Origin: Chthoniobacteraceae bacterium
GTDB lineage: Bacteria > Verrucomicrobiota > Verrucomicrobiia > Chthoniobacterales > Chthoniobacteraceae
NCBI GenBank assembly: GCA_040081625.1
Contig: JBEBGD010000084.1
Span: 1 to 24,455 of the forward strand
Length of the DNA stretch: 24,455 bases
Direction of reading: 5' to 3'
Shown here: positions 9,422-18,797 of the stretch, in pieces
Numbering within the stretch: position 1 is the stretch's first letter
Layout of the letters: each line of letters opens with the position of its first letter
Made by a program: the position numbers and the translations under genes
Notes under the pieces: model-generated
The model's database searches: none
The model's input: the letters and a program-made list of their open reading frames with translations, nothing else
What the model was told of the DNA's origin: nothing

Positions 9422-11171
9422 ACTTCGGCGCCGCCGGTTTCACCGGCGCTCCCCAACTCGGCGCTCCGGCGACCTTCATCTTCCGCTTGAAGACCTTGTC
9501 GCCGCACGTCGCGTAGAGTGTGTCGAACTTCGGCCCGCCGAAGCAAAGGTTGCTCACCTTCCCGTTCGGCGTCGGCAGGATGCAGTTCACGCGGCCCGCT
9601 TGATCGCACACCTGAATGCCCATCTTCGTCGCCACATACACCCGCCCGTCGCGATCGACCTCGATCCCGTCCGCGCCGCTGTCGTCGGCGGTGTCGGGCT
9701 CGTGCAGCCAGAAATACTTCTGCTTGTTCTTCAGCGAGCCGTCGGGCTGCACCGAGTAGCTATAGACCCACTTCGTGCGCGAGTCGGCGACGTAGAGCAG
9801 CGACTGGTCGGGGCTGAGCGCGATGCCGTTCGAGAAGCGCAGGCCTTTGTCCACGACGCGTGCGGGGCCCTCCTTCGGCAGCAGCCAGATCTGGCTCGGG
9901 CTCTTGCCGTCCCAGCCCGGCTCGGTCACCCACGCAGTGCCGTCGGCGCGCACAGTCAGATCGTTGCCGCGGAAGCCCTCGGCGATCTTCGTCCCCTTCC
10001 CCGCGGCGTCGTAAGCGATGATCTGCTCCGGCTTTCCCGCGATGGAAATCAAGCGCCCATCAGCTCCGAAGCTCTGCCCGCCGCCGGCCTGATTGTCGTC
10101 GATGAAGACGCTCACCTTTCCATCGAGCCCGATCTTCCACGTCTTCGACACGTCGCCGCCCTCGATGAAAAACACCTCGCCTTTCGCATTCGCCGCGGGG
10201 CCTTCGGTGCCCTTGTGGCCTTCGCTCACGAGCTCCCATTCGCTCGCGGGATCGACGATCTCGCCGAGCATCCGGTTCTGCGATCCGCGATTCACCGGCG
10301 CCTTCGGCCAGTCCTTCCACAGCCAGCGCATCACCTCGGGGAAAATCGCGGTGCCGTGCTTCGCATTGTGCCCGCCTTCGCCCCACGCGTGGTTGACCTC
10401 GTAGCCGGCCCAAGTGAGCGCGCGCTCCATCGTCTGGTTCATCATCCACCAATCGCCCGCGTAGATGTTGTTGTCGTTCGAGCCGTCCTGCAGGAAGACG
10501 CGAATCGGCTTCGGCTCGAACTTCCGGATCAGCGTCGGGTAGCCGTCGCCGCCGCGCAGGCCGACGTAAGTGCCGACCGTCGTGAACACGCGACTGAACG
10601 CATCCGGCGTCTCCCACGCCGCCGTGAACGCCGCGATGCCGCCGCTAGACGAACCGCAGATCCCGCGATCCGTCGCCGCCTTCGAGATGCGGATCGGCCG
10701 CCCATCCGCCGTCGTCTTCGCCTCCACATCCGGCAGCAGTTCATCGACGAGGAAGCGCGCGTAGTTGTCGCCGAGCCCGTCGTATTCGTAGCTGCGGTTG
10801 AAGCGCTCGAGCGCGCGCTCCGGGTCGAGCGCCTTCACCTTTCCATGCATCACGAAGACGCCGATGATCACCGGCAGCTCCTTCCTCGCGATGAGATTGT
10901 CGAGCACCGTAGGCGCCTCGTAGTTCTTCCCGCTCCCATCCTGGAAGACCATGAGACACGCGGGCTTCGCGGGGTCGTATTGCTTCGGGACGTAAACGGA
11001 GTAATCGCGGGATGTGCCCGGAAAAATCTTCGACTTCTCAAACGTGAACTTGAGCAACTCTCCCTTCGGCACGCCGTCTTGCGGTTTGGAATCGGCAGTC
11101 AGCGGGAACTCGGGTTCAGCGGCGAGCACACTCGCGGCGGCGAGCAGCGACAATGGAAAGAATGGCTTCAT
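9417..11171 (-). CDS. Secreted fusion: enterochelin-esterase-like alpha/beta hydrolase + SMP-30/gluconolactonase/LRE beta-propeller
   Basis: Signal peptide MKPFFPLSLLAAASVLAAE; nucleophile elbow GSSSGG; GEGGH; C-terminal TEGP, NDL, SNGIALSPD, ADGIEVD, SNLCFGG blades. Confidence 0.9.
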   Translation of the reverse strand: MKPFFPLSLLAAASVLAAEPEFPLTADSKPQDGVPKGELLKFTFEKSKIFPGTSRDYSVYVPKQYDPAKPACLMVFQDGSGKNYEAPTVLDNLIARKELPVIIGVFVMHGKVKALDPERALERFNRSYEYDGLGDNYARFLVDELLPDVEAKTTADGRPIRISKAATDRGICGSSSGGIAAFTAAWETPDAFSRVFTTVGTYVGLRGGDGYPTLIRKFEPKPIRVFLQDGSNDNNIYAGDWWMMNQTMERALTWAGYEVNHAWGEGGHNAKHGTAIFPEVMRWLWKDWPKAPVNRGSQNRMLGEIVDPASEWELVSEGHKGTEGPAANAKGEVFFIEGGDVSKTWKIGLDGKVSVFIDDNQAGGGQSFGADGRLISIAGKPEQIIAYDAAGKGTKIAEGFRGNDLTVRADGTAWVTEPGWDGKSPSQIWLLPKEGPARVVDKGLRFSNGIALSPDQSLLYVADSRTKWVYSYSVQPDGSLKNKQKYFWLHEPDTADDSGADGIEVDRDGRVYVATKMGIQVCDQAGRVNCILPTPNGKVSNLCFGGPKFDTLYATCGDKVFKRKMKVAGAPSWGAPVKPAAPKL

Positions 11172-11223
11172 CGAGCCCACCCTGCCGCGCGCCGCGCGCA
11201 CGCCGCAATCCCAAACACCGCGC

Positions 11224-11496
11224 ATGAAAATCCTCACCACCCTCTGCCTCCTCGCCGCCGCGCTGCTGCTCAGCGGCTGCCTCTTCGACGACCACCGCCG
11301 CCCCTCGCGCAGCACCAGCTACCACGGCCACCGCGGTTATTACGACCCCCACTACCGCTACCATTCCGGCTACGACTCCCGCTACAGGTCCGGCTACTAC
11401 CGTCAGCCACGCAGCTCCACGAGCGTCACCATCAGCCGGCACGGCTCGCACTCGCACGGCTCGTCGCGCGGGTCGCTTTTCTTCCGCCGCCGCTGA
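11224..11496 (+). CDS. Small lipoprotein with His/Tyr/Arg/Ser/Gly-rich low-complexity body
   Basis: MKILTTLCLLAAALLLSGC: signal peptide with lipobox LSGC; C-ending codons typical of host genes. Confidence 0.8.
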   Translation: MKILTTLCLLAAALLLSGCLFDDHRRPSRSTSYHGHRGYYDPHYRYHSGYDSRYRSGYYRQPRSSTSVTISRHGSHSHGSSRGSLFFRRR

Positions 11497-11548
11497 ACGC
11501 CACGCGATCGGCGCCAAGGCGCGACGCGTTCGCAGGTTGATGCCTCCG

Positions 11549-12487
11549 ATGCATCGCCTCGCCCTCATCTCCGCCGCCACCTACGGACGCAACACCCCGC
11601 GCACGCGCGGCTCCAATCACGGCACCGCCTTCGCGACCACCTTCAACGGCTGGGACGAAGCGAAAGCGAAAGCCTTCGGCGGCACCTTCGTCCGCGCCGG
11701 TCGCCGGCTCGAAGACGCCCGCGTCGTCAAGGTCTGGGACCCCGACCAGGAATCCGCGCGCGCCCTCGCCGACGCGTGCGGCATCGAAACCGTCGCCGCC
11801 ACCGCCGAGGAATGCAGCACCGGAGTCGATGCCGTCCTCCTCATCGACGACGGCAGCGGCGCCCAGTGGAAATACGCCGGGCACCCGCTCCGCAAAAACA
11901 TCCCCGTCTTCTGCGACAAGCCGCTCGCCATGACCGCGCGCGAAGCGCAGGCCATCGCGAAGCTCTCCCGCGAAACGAAGACGCCGTTCATGTCGTGCAG
12001 CTCGCTGCGCTTCGTCCCGGACATCGTGAAGCTGCGCGCCGAACTCCCGCAGCTCGGCAACGTCCACCTCGCCACCGCCGCGTGCGGAAACGAGCTGGTC
12101 TATTACGGCATCCACGCGCTCTCGATGATCTACGCCGTGCTCGGTCGCGGATGCGTCTCCGCCATCAATGTCGGCCAGCCCGGCGCGAACCTCGTCCGCC
12201 TCCGCTTCGAGAACCACCGCGACGTGATGCTCATCGTCGGCGAGAAGGAATGGATGCGCGGCGGCTACCAGATCAACCTCTACGGCCAGAAAGGCTGGCG
12301 CAGCGTGACGCCCGACTTGAAGGACCTCTACTCGTATCTGCTCGAAGCCTTCCTCGACCTCCTCGAGACCGGCAAGGAGAGCGTGCCGATCGAGGAGGAA
12401 GTCGAGCTCATCGCCGCACTCGAAGCCGGCACGCGCTCGCTCAAGCTCGGCCGCGAAGTGACGATCGCCGAAGTGCTCGCCGGCTAA
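11549..12487 (+). CDS. Gfo/Idh/MocA family oxidoreductase
   Basis: VDAVLL..D, PVFCDKPLA (EKP-like motif), MSCSSLRF, YYGIHALSM. Start uncertain (11537/11540/11549). Confidence 0.85.
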   Translation: MHRLALISAATYGRNTPRTRGSNHGTAFATTFNGWDEAKAKAFGGTFVRAGRRLEDARVVKVWDPDQESARALADACGIETVAATAEECSTGVDAVLLIDDGSGAQWKYAGHPLRKNIPVFCDKPLAMTAREAQAIAKLSRETKTPFMSCSSLRFVPDIVKLRAELPQLGNVHLATAACGNELVYYGIHALSMIYAVLGRGCVSAINVGQPGANLVRLRFENHRDVMLIVGEKEWMRGGYQINLYGQKGWRSVTPDLKDLYSYLLEAFLDLLETGKESVPIEEEVELIAALEAGTRSLKLGREVTIAEVLAG

Positions 12488-12548
12488 GGCGAGTTGGAGA
12501 GTGACACCGGGCGCGAGGACGCTTTCCCGCGAACAACCAACTCCATGA

Positions 12549-12577
12549 TTGCCGACGCCGGACGCTCTGGCTACTGT
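12549..12577 (+). promoter_or_regulatory. Putative sigma70-type promoter, leaderless TA transcript
   Basis: TTGCCG (12549-12554) - 17 bp - TACTGT (12572-12577) - 6 bp - ATG 12584. Confidence 0.55.
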
Positions 12578-12583
12578 CGCCAC

Positions 12584-12784
12584 ATGATCGCGATCCAAAA
12601 GAAAATCGTCGTCGATGAGCACGGCGAACCGCAGGAAGTCATCATCCCGTGGGCACAGTTTTGCGAACTGACCGAGGCGCTCGGCCTTGATTTCGACGGC
12701 GCCGCGCAGGCGCAGTTGCGCGAAGCGCTCGACGACTCCCGCGCCCGCCGGCGTGAGGCGTTCACTGCGCTCGACGAACTGTGA
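12584..12784 (+). CDS. Putative antitoxin (66 aa)
   Basis: MIAIQKKIVVDEHGEPQEVIIPWAQFCEL: the IVDExGxxxxVIIP pattern seen in small antitoxins upstream of RelE-type toxins; acidic; GTGA overlap with toxin. Confidence 0.75.
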   Translation: MIAIQKKIVVDEHGEPQEVIIPWAQFCELTEALGLDFDGAAQAQLREALDDSRARRREAFTALDEL

Positions 12785-13065
12785 GGCGCATCGCGCTCCA
12801 CCGTCACGCCAGGAACTACTTTCAACGGAGGCCCCGCGATCGGCAGACGCAGGTGCGGGCCGCTTTGCAGGCTGTGGCCGCGCTTCCCGATCCCGCCAGT
12901 TCGCCCAACGTGCGCCCGATGAGCGGCGAGTGGGTCGAGTGTCTCCGCCTCCGCGTCGGCTCGTATCGAGTCGTCCTCCGCGTGATTCCGCCCGAGTTGC
13001 CCGATGCCCCAGACGGCACGCTGGAAGTCCTCGTCATCGGCCCGCGCGGCGACGTTTACAAATAG
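12781..13065 (+). CDS. Type II toxin, RelE/ParE family
   Basis: 94 aa, basic; NVRPMSGEW..LRLRVGSYRVV ... VLVIGPRGDVYK C-terminal RelE signature. Confidence 0.88.
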   Translation: MRRIALHRHARNYFQRRPRDRQTQVRAALQAVAALPDPASSPNVRPMSGEWVECLRLRVGSYRVVLRVIPPELPDAPDGTLEVLVIGPRGDVYK

Positions 13066-13098
13066 GCGCAGGAATTGGCTTCTGCGCGGCTGAGCGCG

Positions 13099-13734
13099 CT
13101 ACTCGAACTGCTTCCGAAACGTCTCCAGCTCCGCGCGCAGGCGCTGCATCTCCGCCTCCAGCGCAGCCACGCGCTCCGCGAGCGGCAGCGCTGGGATCGC
13201 CGGCTCCATCGAGTCGCCCGCCGGCTCCGCAAGCACCGACGCGGACGAGAGCCGCTGGACGTAGCGCCGTTCCTTCTGCCCCGGACGCGCTGGCATCATG
13301 CTCACCAACCCGCGATCATCGCTCGCCAGCGCATCGAGCGAGTTCTGCACGTCTTCGATCGTCGCGAAGGGATACATCCGCTCGCACCGCTGGCGCAACT
13401 CCCCTGGCGTCTGCTCGCCGCGCAGCAGCAGCACGCACAGCAGCGCGCTCTCCGGCGGCGGTAGATCGTAGTGCTCCGGGAGGCGGTGCCGGTATTTCAC
13501 CACGCGCATCCCCGCGCCGGAGACCATCGTGACGAGCTTCTTTTCCCGCAGCCCATCGAGCCCCGCCTGCACCGTGCTCTCGTCGTAGGCGGTCACCGGG
13601 TCGCGGTTGGTGCTTTGGTTGGAAGCCATCGCCACCGCGTTGAGCGAGAGCGGATAATTCTCCGGCGTGAGCCGCTCCTTTTCGAGCAGGCATCCGAGCA
13701 CACGCGTTTCGACGGCATTGAGTTCAAAGGGCAT
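13099..13734 (-). CDS. yceH: YceH / DUF480 family protein
   Basis: LNAVETRVLGCLLEKERLTPENYPLSLNA..ASNQSTNRDPV, LLLRGEQTPGELRQRCERMYPF, PGQKERRYVQ, C-terminal coiled coil. Confidence 0.92.
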   Translation of the reverse strand: MPFELNAVETRVLGCLLEKERLTPENYPLSLNAVAMASNQSTNRDPVTAYDESTVQAGLDGLREKKLVTMVSGAGMRVVKYRHRLPEHYDLPPPESALLCVLLLRGEQTPGELRQRCERMYPFATIEDVQNSLDALASDDRGLVSMMPARPGQKERRYVQRLSSASVLAEPAGDSMEPAIPALPLAERVAALEAEMQRLRAELETFRKQFE

Positions 13735-13773
13735 GCCGCGTCTTCTCCACGTCCCGCGCCCATGTGCAACCAA

Positions 13774-14244
13774 CTACTGCTTCGGCGGCGACTTGAACGG
13801 CCAGTTGCTCGCCGGCGTCGCGGCTCCCTTCGGCCCGGCCTTCGCCTTCGCCTCGGCGATCAGCGCATTCCACTGCTCGGCATTCTTGTAGCCCGAACTG
13901 CTCGCCAGCGCCTTGCCGCGCGCATCGGTCACCACCACAAACGGCAGCGTGTTCCCCCACTTCTCCTTGCCGTATTTTTTCAGGAAGTCGTCGCTCGTCT
14001 TCGCGTCGTCCACGTTCAGGTCCGCCATCACGAACTCCGCCGCCGTCACGCCGATCCTGCCTTCGCTGACCATCTTCTTGGTCGCATTGCAGTTCCCGCA
14101 CGACGGCCGCCCGAGCAGGATGAAACCCATCTTGTTCTCCTTCGTCGCCGCGCTGATCGTCTTGCGAAGATCGGTCTGCAACGGCGGCGCCTCCGCGAGC
14201 AGTGAAGTGGTGGCGAGGGCGAGGAGAGCGAGGGTGAGTTTCAT
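13774..14244 (-). CDS. Secreted thioredoxin-fold protein (CGNC)
   Basis: Signal peptide MKLTLALLALATTSLLAE; GRPSCGNC active-site motif; NTLPFVVVTDARGK cis-Pro strand. Confidence 0.85.
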   Translation of the reverse strand: MKLTLALLALATTSLLAEAPPLQTDLRKTISAATKENKMGFILLGRPSCGNCNATKKMVSEGRIGVTAAEFVMADLNVDDAKTSDDFLKKYGKEKWGNTLPFVVVTDARGKALASSSGYKNAEQWNALIAEAKAKAGPKGAATPASNWPFKSPPKQ

Positions 14245-14379
14245 GGAAGTGATCGAATGGTGCGCTGTGCTACGAACTGCCCGCCATCGTGTCGAGCCTC
14301 GAATTTCGCCCCGCCCCGCGCCCGCGACGAGCATCGTTGCCTTGCGCTCGCGCCGACGTTCCACGATTCTCCCCCCGCC

Positions 14380-14589
14380 ATGAGCCTCGCCGAGATCAAA
14401 GCCGAAATCGCCAAGCTGACGCCCGATGAAGTCGCCGAGCTGAAGCGCGAACTGGCGCGCGACCCGCTGGACGACCCGCAATACGTGGCTGAGATGGCGT
14501 GGCGTGTTCGTGAAATGGAGGCAGGACGCCACGTGGTAACGCGGGACGAAGTGCTCAATCGCGCCCGCGAGCTGGGCATTGATCTCTGA
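14380..14589 (+). CDS. Putative addiction-module antitoxin (69 aa)
   Basis: MSLAEIKAEIAKLTPDEVAEL...AEMAWRVREMEAGRHVVTRDEV resembles addiction-module component antitoxins. Confidence 0.7.
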   Translation: MSLAEIKAEIAKLTPDEVAELKRELARDPLDDPQYVAEMAWRVREMEAGRHVVTRDEVLNRARELGIDL

Positions 14590-14601
14590 TTAGAGCGTCC
14601 C

Positions 14602-14856
14602 GTGCCCTACAGCCTCTTCGATCGAGCCTTCTACGGCTGGCTTGCGTCCAGCGATCGTGAGATGCGCCTCCTCCTGGCCGCCTTCGAACAGATCGGAGAG
14701 AATCCGGTCGGCTGCGCGCACGGCGCCGGACGCAATCGATCCGGGATGATGCTTCACGTTCACGATGTTGGCCGTTTCCGGATTCACTATCGCATTCCGC
14801 GCGAGGGGCCGGTGCAGATCATCGATGTCTTGCACCGGCGAGAAGACTGCCGTTGA
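14602..14856 (+). CDS. Putative divergent RelE/ParE-fold toxin
   Basis: 84 aa directly after the antitoxin; AFEQIGENP..G ... VGRFRIHYRI....VQIIDVLHRR pattern of ParE-like toxins. Confidence 0.6.
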   Translation: MPYSLFDRAFYGWLASSDREMRLLLAAFEQIGENPVGCAHGAGRNRSGMMLHVHDVGRFRIHYRIPREGPVQIIDVLHRREDCR

Positions 14857-14870
14857 TCGCATACCCATCC

Positions 14871-16148
<1,278 letters not shown>

Positions 16149-16175
16149 CCGGCGCGCGCCTACAAGCTCCGCCCC

Positions 16176-16472
16176 ATGCCTGCGGCAAAATCCAGTTCCC
16201 TCGTCGATACCCGCGTCGTCTATTGCGGCGACAATCTCGACCAACTCGCGAAGCTGCCCGCGCAGTGCGTCGATCTAATCTACATCGACCCGCCCTTCAA
16301 CTCGAACCGCAACTACGAAGTCTTCTGGGGCGAGACCAAGGAGAAGCGCGCCTTCGAGGACCGGCACGAGAGCACCAAGGCCTACATCGACTACATGCGC
16401 CCGCGCTGCGTCGAGCTCGCCCGCGTGCTCAAAAAGACCGGCTCCTTCTACTACCACTGCGACTGGCACGCG
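16176..16472 (+). pseudogene. 5' fragment of beta-class N6A/N4C DNA methyltransferase
   Basis: VYCGDNL..VDLIYIDPPFNSNRNY (motif IV DPPF), RVLKKTGSFYYHCDWHA; homology stops after WHA and the ORF ends at 16505. Confidence 0.88.
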
Positions 16473-16537
16473 ACGCCCCACGACAACAGGCAGCTCGTGA
16501 TGTAGGGACAGGCAACCTCAACCGCTTTTGTTTTCGC

Positions 16538-17065
16538 ATGCCTCATAATCTTGCTGGCTTCGACTTAGAAACACCCGCAGGGCAGTTGGCTGTCATGGTC
16601 ATCAAGGCTTTGGATCATTTGGGAGGAGCGGCGACCCGATCGGGAGCAACGGACTTCATCGGGAATAGCGGGTGGTTTCAGCGGAATGCGGAGGACTTAC
16701 TGATGTATCCAGCTGATGCTCGGCGACACGCGTTCGATCTACCGAGATGGCGAGTATTGGTCGCCTTTGGAAGATGGCATGCAGTCGAGAAAGGCTATGT
16801 AGACAGAAGTGAGCGGAATAACTGGCAACTTGAACACAACGCTCGGCCTGCATTACGGGAGATCGAGCGTGGGTTCGCCAACGGCACTGCGAAATCGACG
16901 GTTTGTTTCCTTTGGACACCGCAATTCAAAGCCCAGATGGACAAAAGCTACGTCGGGGGCAGCGATTCGCCACGTCCGGAAATCTACCGCGACATGGCTG
17001 GTTTCATGGCAGGGCGCGTTCCTCGTCGGGTTTTGCGAGAGGTATTAATGATGCTGGACGACTGA
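16538..17065 (+). CDS. Lower-GC hypothetical protein with Mrr N-terminal-like winged-helix domain
   Basis: 175-aa ORF from ATG 16538; many A/T-ending codons; ALDHLGGAA ... RWRVLVAFGRWHAVEKGYVDRSERNNWQL resembles Mrr_N (ALxxLGG..RWxxxVxWARxxLxxxGxxxxxxRGxWxL). Confidence 0.6.
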   Translation: MPHNLAGFDLETPAGQLAVMVIKALDHLGGAATRSGATDFIGNSGWFQRNAEDLLMYPADARRHAFDLPRWRVLVAFGRWHAVEKGYVDRSERNNWQLEHNARPALREIERGFANGTAKSTVCFLWTPQFKAQMDKSYVGGSDSPRPEIYRDMAGFMAGRVPRRVLREVLMMLDD

Positions 17066-17544
17066 TGCAAGTCTCGACGCCTTCTGCGGCTGCCGCACCG
17101 CGCTGGTCGCCGCGCAGAAGCTCAAGCGGCAGTGGATCGGCATCGACATCTAGCCCACCGCCTGCCGCGTGATGGCCAAGCGCCTGCGCGACGTGTGCGC
17201 GCTCAAGGAGAGCGAGCCGCTCTGGAAGATCGGGCGCGGCTTCGTGGTGCGCGATCTGCCGTGGACCGAGGCGAAGCTGCGCGTGCTGCCGCCCTTCGAG
17301 TTCGAGAACTGGGCCGTGATCGCGCTCGGCGGCATCCCGAACAAAACGCAGGTCGGCGACATGGGCATCGATGGCCGCATCTTCCCCGTCTCCGCGCTGG
17401 AGAACCGCCGCAAGGCCAAGGCCGACGAACTGCAACTGGAGGAGAAGTTTTACCCATCCAGGTGAAGCAGAAGGACAAGGTGGGCCGCCCGGACATCGAC
17501 TCCTTCGAGGCGATGATGGCGCGCGAGGAATGCGCGAAGGGGTT

Positions 17545-17586
17545 GCCCCACCTACCGCCCGCGGCTGTCTCGCTTTCGGCTCGGCT
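17545..17586. mobile_element. 42-bp intragenic insertion, copy 1
   Basis: GCCCCACCTACCGCCCGCGGCTGTCTCGCTTTCGGCTCGGCT; removal restores AAG GGG TTC TTC ATC TCC TTC (KGFFISF). Confidence 0.8.
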
Positions 17587-17686
17587 CTTCATCTCCTTCG
17601 ACTACGGGGACGGCGCACTGACCGAGATCAGCCGCTTCTTCAAACAAACCGGCCGCGTAATCGTGCCGCTGACCGTGCGCGAGATT

Positions 17687-17725
17687 GCCCCGCCTTCGCC
17701 CGCGGCCGTCTCGCTTCGCTCGGCT
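17687..17725. mobile_element. 39-bp intragenic insertion, copy 2
   Basis: GCCCCGCCTTCGCCCGCGGCCGTCTCGCTTCGCTCGGCT; removal restores GAG ATT CTC GAC GAA (EILDE). Confidence 0.8.
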
Positions 17726-17827
17726 CTCGACGAACAAATCGCGCACAAGCTGGCGTAAGAGGAGGAGGCGCGCAGCGATCGGGTTGCGAGATCCAGCGGC
17801 GGCGGGTAGCGCTTGGCGCGGGGTGTT

Positions 17828-17851
17828 TGTAGCCACGCCGCTCTGCGGCGT
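17828..17851 (+). repeat. Single GTAG-type REP, same family as 9372-9421
   Basis: TGTAGCC-ACGCCGC-TCT-GCGGCGT versus TGTAGCC-GCGTCGC-TCT-GCGACGC at 9372. Confidence 0.75.
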
Positions 17852-17984
17852 CCGGCGGGGCGGCGCTCCGGGCTTGCGGCGCTCGCGAATCGCAAGCGCG
17901 GGACTCCTTCCGCGGCTTCCCCACCCCGCAGCGTAGCCGCACTCGACGCTCGCCCGCGCGCTCGCGTCTGCTAGCCTTTCGCCG

Positions 17985-18227
17985 ATGACCCAAGACCAGC
18001 AGCGCGAGATCGTGAAGCGAATGCTCGAAGGCTACAAATTCCTCGAGCAGGAACGCCGCGAGCGCGTGCGACAGACGGATACGGCGCGCGAGCTTTCCGC
18101 GTTCGATGGGATGGCGCTCGCCGCGCTTACCCGCTTTCCGCCCGAGCCGACCTCCGGTTTGATCGAGCAGCAGCGGCTCTTTCGCCGGATGCGCGCGATG
18201 AGCACGCCGTCGGTGAACGAGCGATGA
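17985..18227 (+). CDS. Small helical protein, putative partner/antitoxin of the downstream nucleotidyltransferase
   Basis: 80 aa; ...SGLIEQQRLF C-terminal segment; ATGA overlap with next gene; TAGCCT -10-like hexamer 7 bp upstream. Confidence 0.7.
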   Translation: MTQDQQREIVKRMLEGYKFLEQERRERVRQTDTARELSAFDGMALAALTRFPPEPTSGLIEQQRLFRRMRAMSTPSVNER

Positions 18228-18796
18228 TCGAACTCGTCCGGGCCGCGGCGGAGTTGCAGGAGTTTTGCGAAGCCCGGCGCTGGCGCTTCTGCTTCATCGG
18301 CGGACTCGCAGTGCAGATGTGGTCGGAGTTGCGCACGACGATGGACGTGGACATGACGCTGCTCACCGGCTTCGGCGAAGAGCGCCCATTCATCGATGCG
18401 CTGCTCGCGGCTTACGAAGCACGTATTCCAAACGCAGCGGACCATGCCGAGATGAGCCGCGTCCTGCTGCTCAAGACGCGCGAGGGTCTCGGCATCGACA
18501 TCGCGCTCGGCGGATTGGCGTTTGAGGAGCGTGTGATCGAGCGCTCGCAAAAGGTGGAGATGATGCCCGGCTATTCCATCCGCGTCTGCACGGCGGAAGA
18601 CTTGATCGTCTTCAAGGTCTTCGCAGCGCGAATGAAGGATTGGAACGACGTGGAGAAAACCATCGTGCGGCAGGGCGATGAAAAACTCGACTGGCACTAC
18701 ATCCACGAGCAACTCGCACCGCTGCTCGAACTGAAGGCACAGCCCGGCCTGCTCGACGAACTCGCGACGCTGCGACGCCGGTTGCGCGAAGCTTGA
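18224..18796 (+). CDS. Nucleotidyltransferase (AbiEii/AbiGii-like, DUF6036-like), putative toxin
   Basis: FCFIGGLAVQ.W..LRTTMDVDM (GG..DxD Pol-beta NTase signature), IDIAL, TAEDLIVFKVFAARMKDWNDV. Confidence 0.85.
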   Translation: MIELVRAAAELQEFCEARRWRFCFIGGLAVQMWSELRTTMDVDMTLLTGFGEERPFIDALLAAYEARIPNAADHAEMSRVLLLKTREGLGIDIALGGLAFEERVIERSQKVEMMPGYSIRVCTAEDLIVFKVFAARMKDWNDVEKTIVRQGDEKLDWHYIHEQLAPLLELKAQPGLLDELATLRRRLREA

Positions 18797-18797
18797 T

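Larger units (their letters stand above)
17073..17758 (+). pseudogene. 3' fragment of the methyltransferase fused to an Mrr-like PD-(D/E)xK restriction endonuclease domain
   Basis: LDAFCGCRTALVAAQKLKRQWIGIDI (motif I, G>R), TAG at 17151, then PFEFENWAV..GDMGIDG; 1-bp deletion near 17454 breaks YPIQVKQ; continues GRPDIDSF..ISFDY..LTVREI..LDEQIAHKLA with two short insertions. Confidence 0.88.

Noticed and set aside
12491..12543. GAGTTGG...CCAACTC inverted repeat upstream of the first TA pair
   Set aside because: Only 7 bp with a long, poorly paired interior; not distinguishable from chance.
17151..17153. Programmed TAG readthrough or recoding in the methyltransferase
   Set aside because: Accompanied by a frameshift, a motif I substitution and loss of the central domain; TAG is used as a normal stop elsewhere in the window, so decay is simpler.
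17545..17725. The two ~40-bp direct repeats as a CRISPR mini-array
   Set aside because: Only two divergent copies, the 100-bp spacer is continuous nuclease coding sequence, and no cas genes are present.
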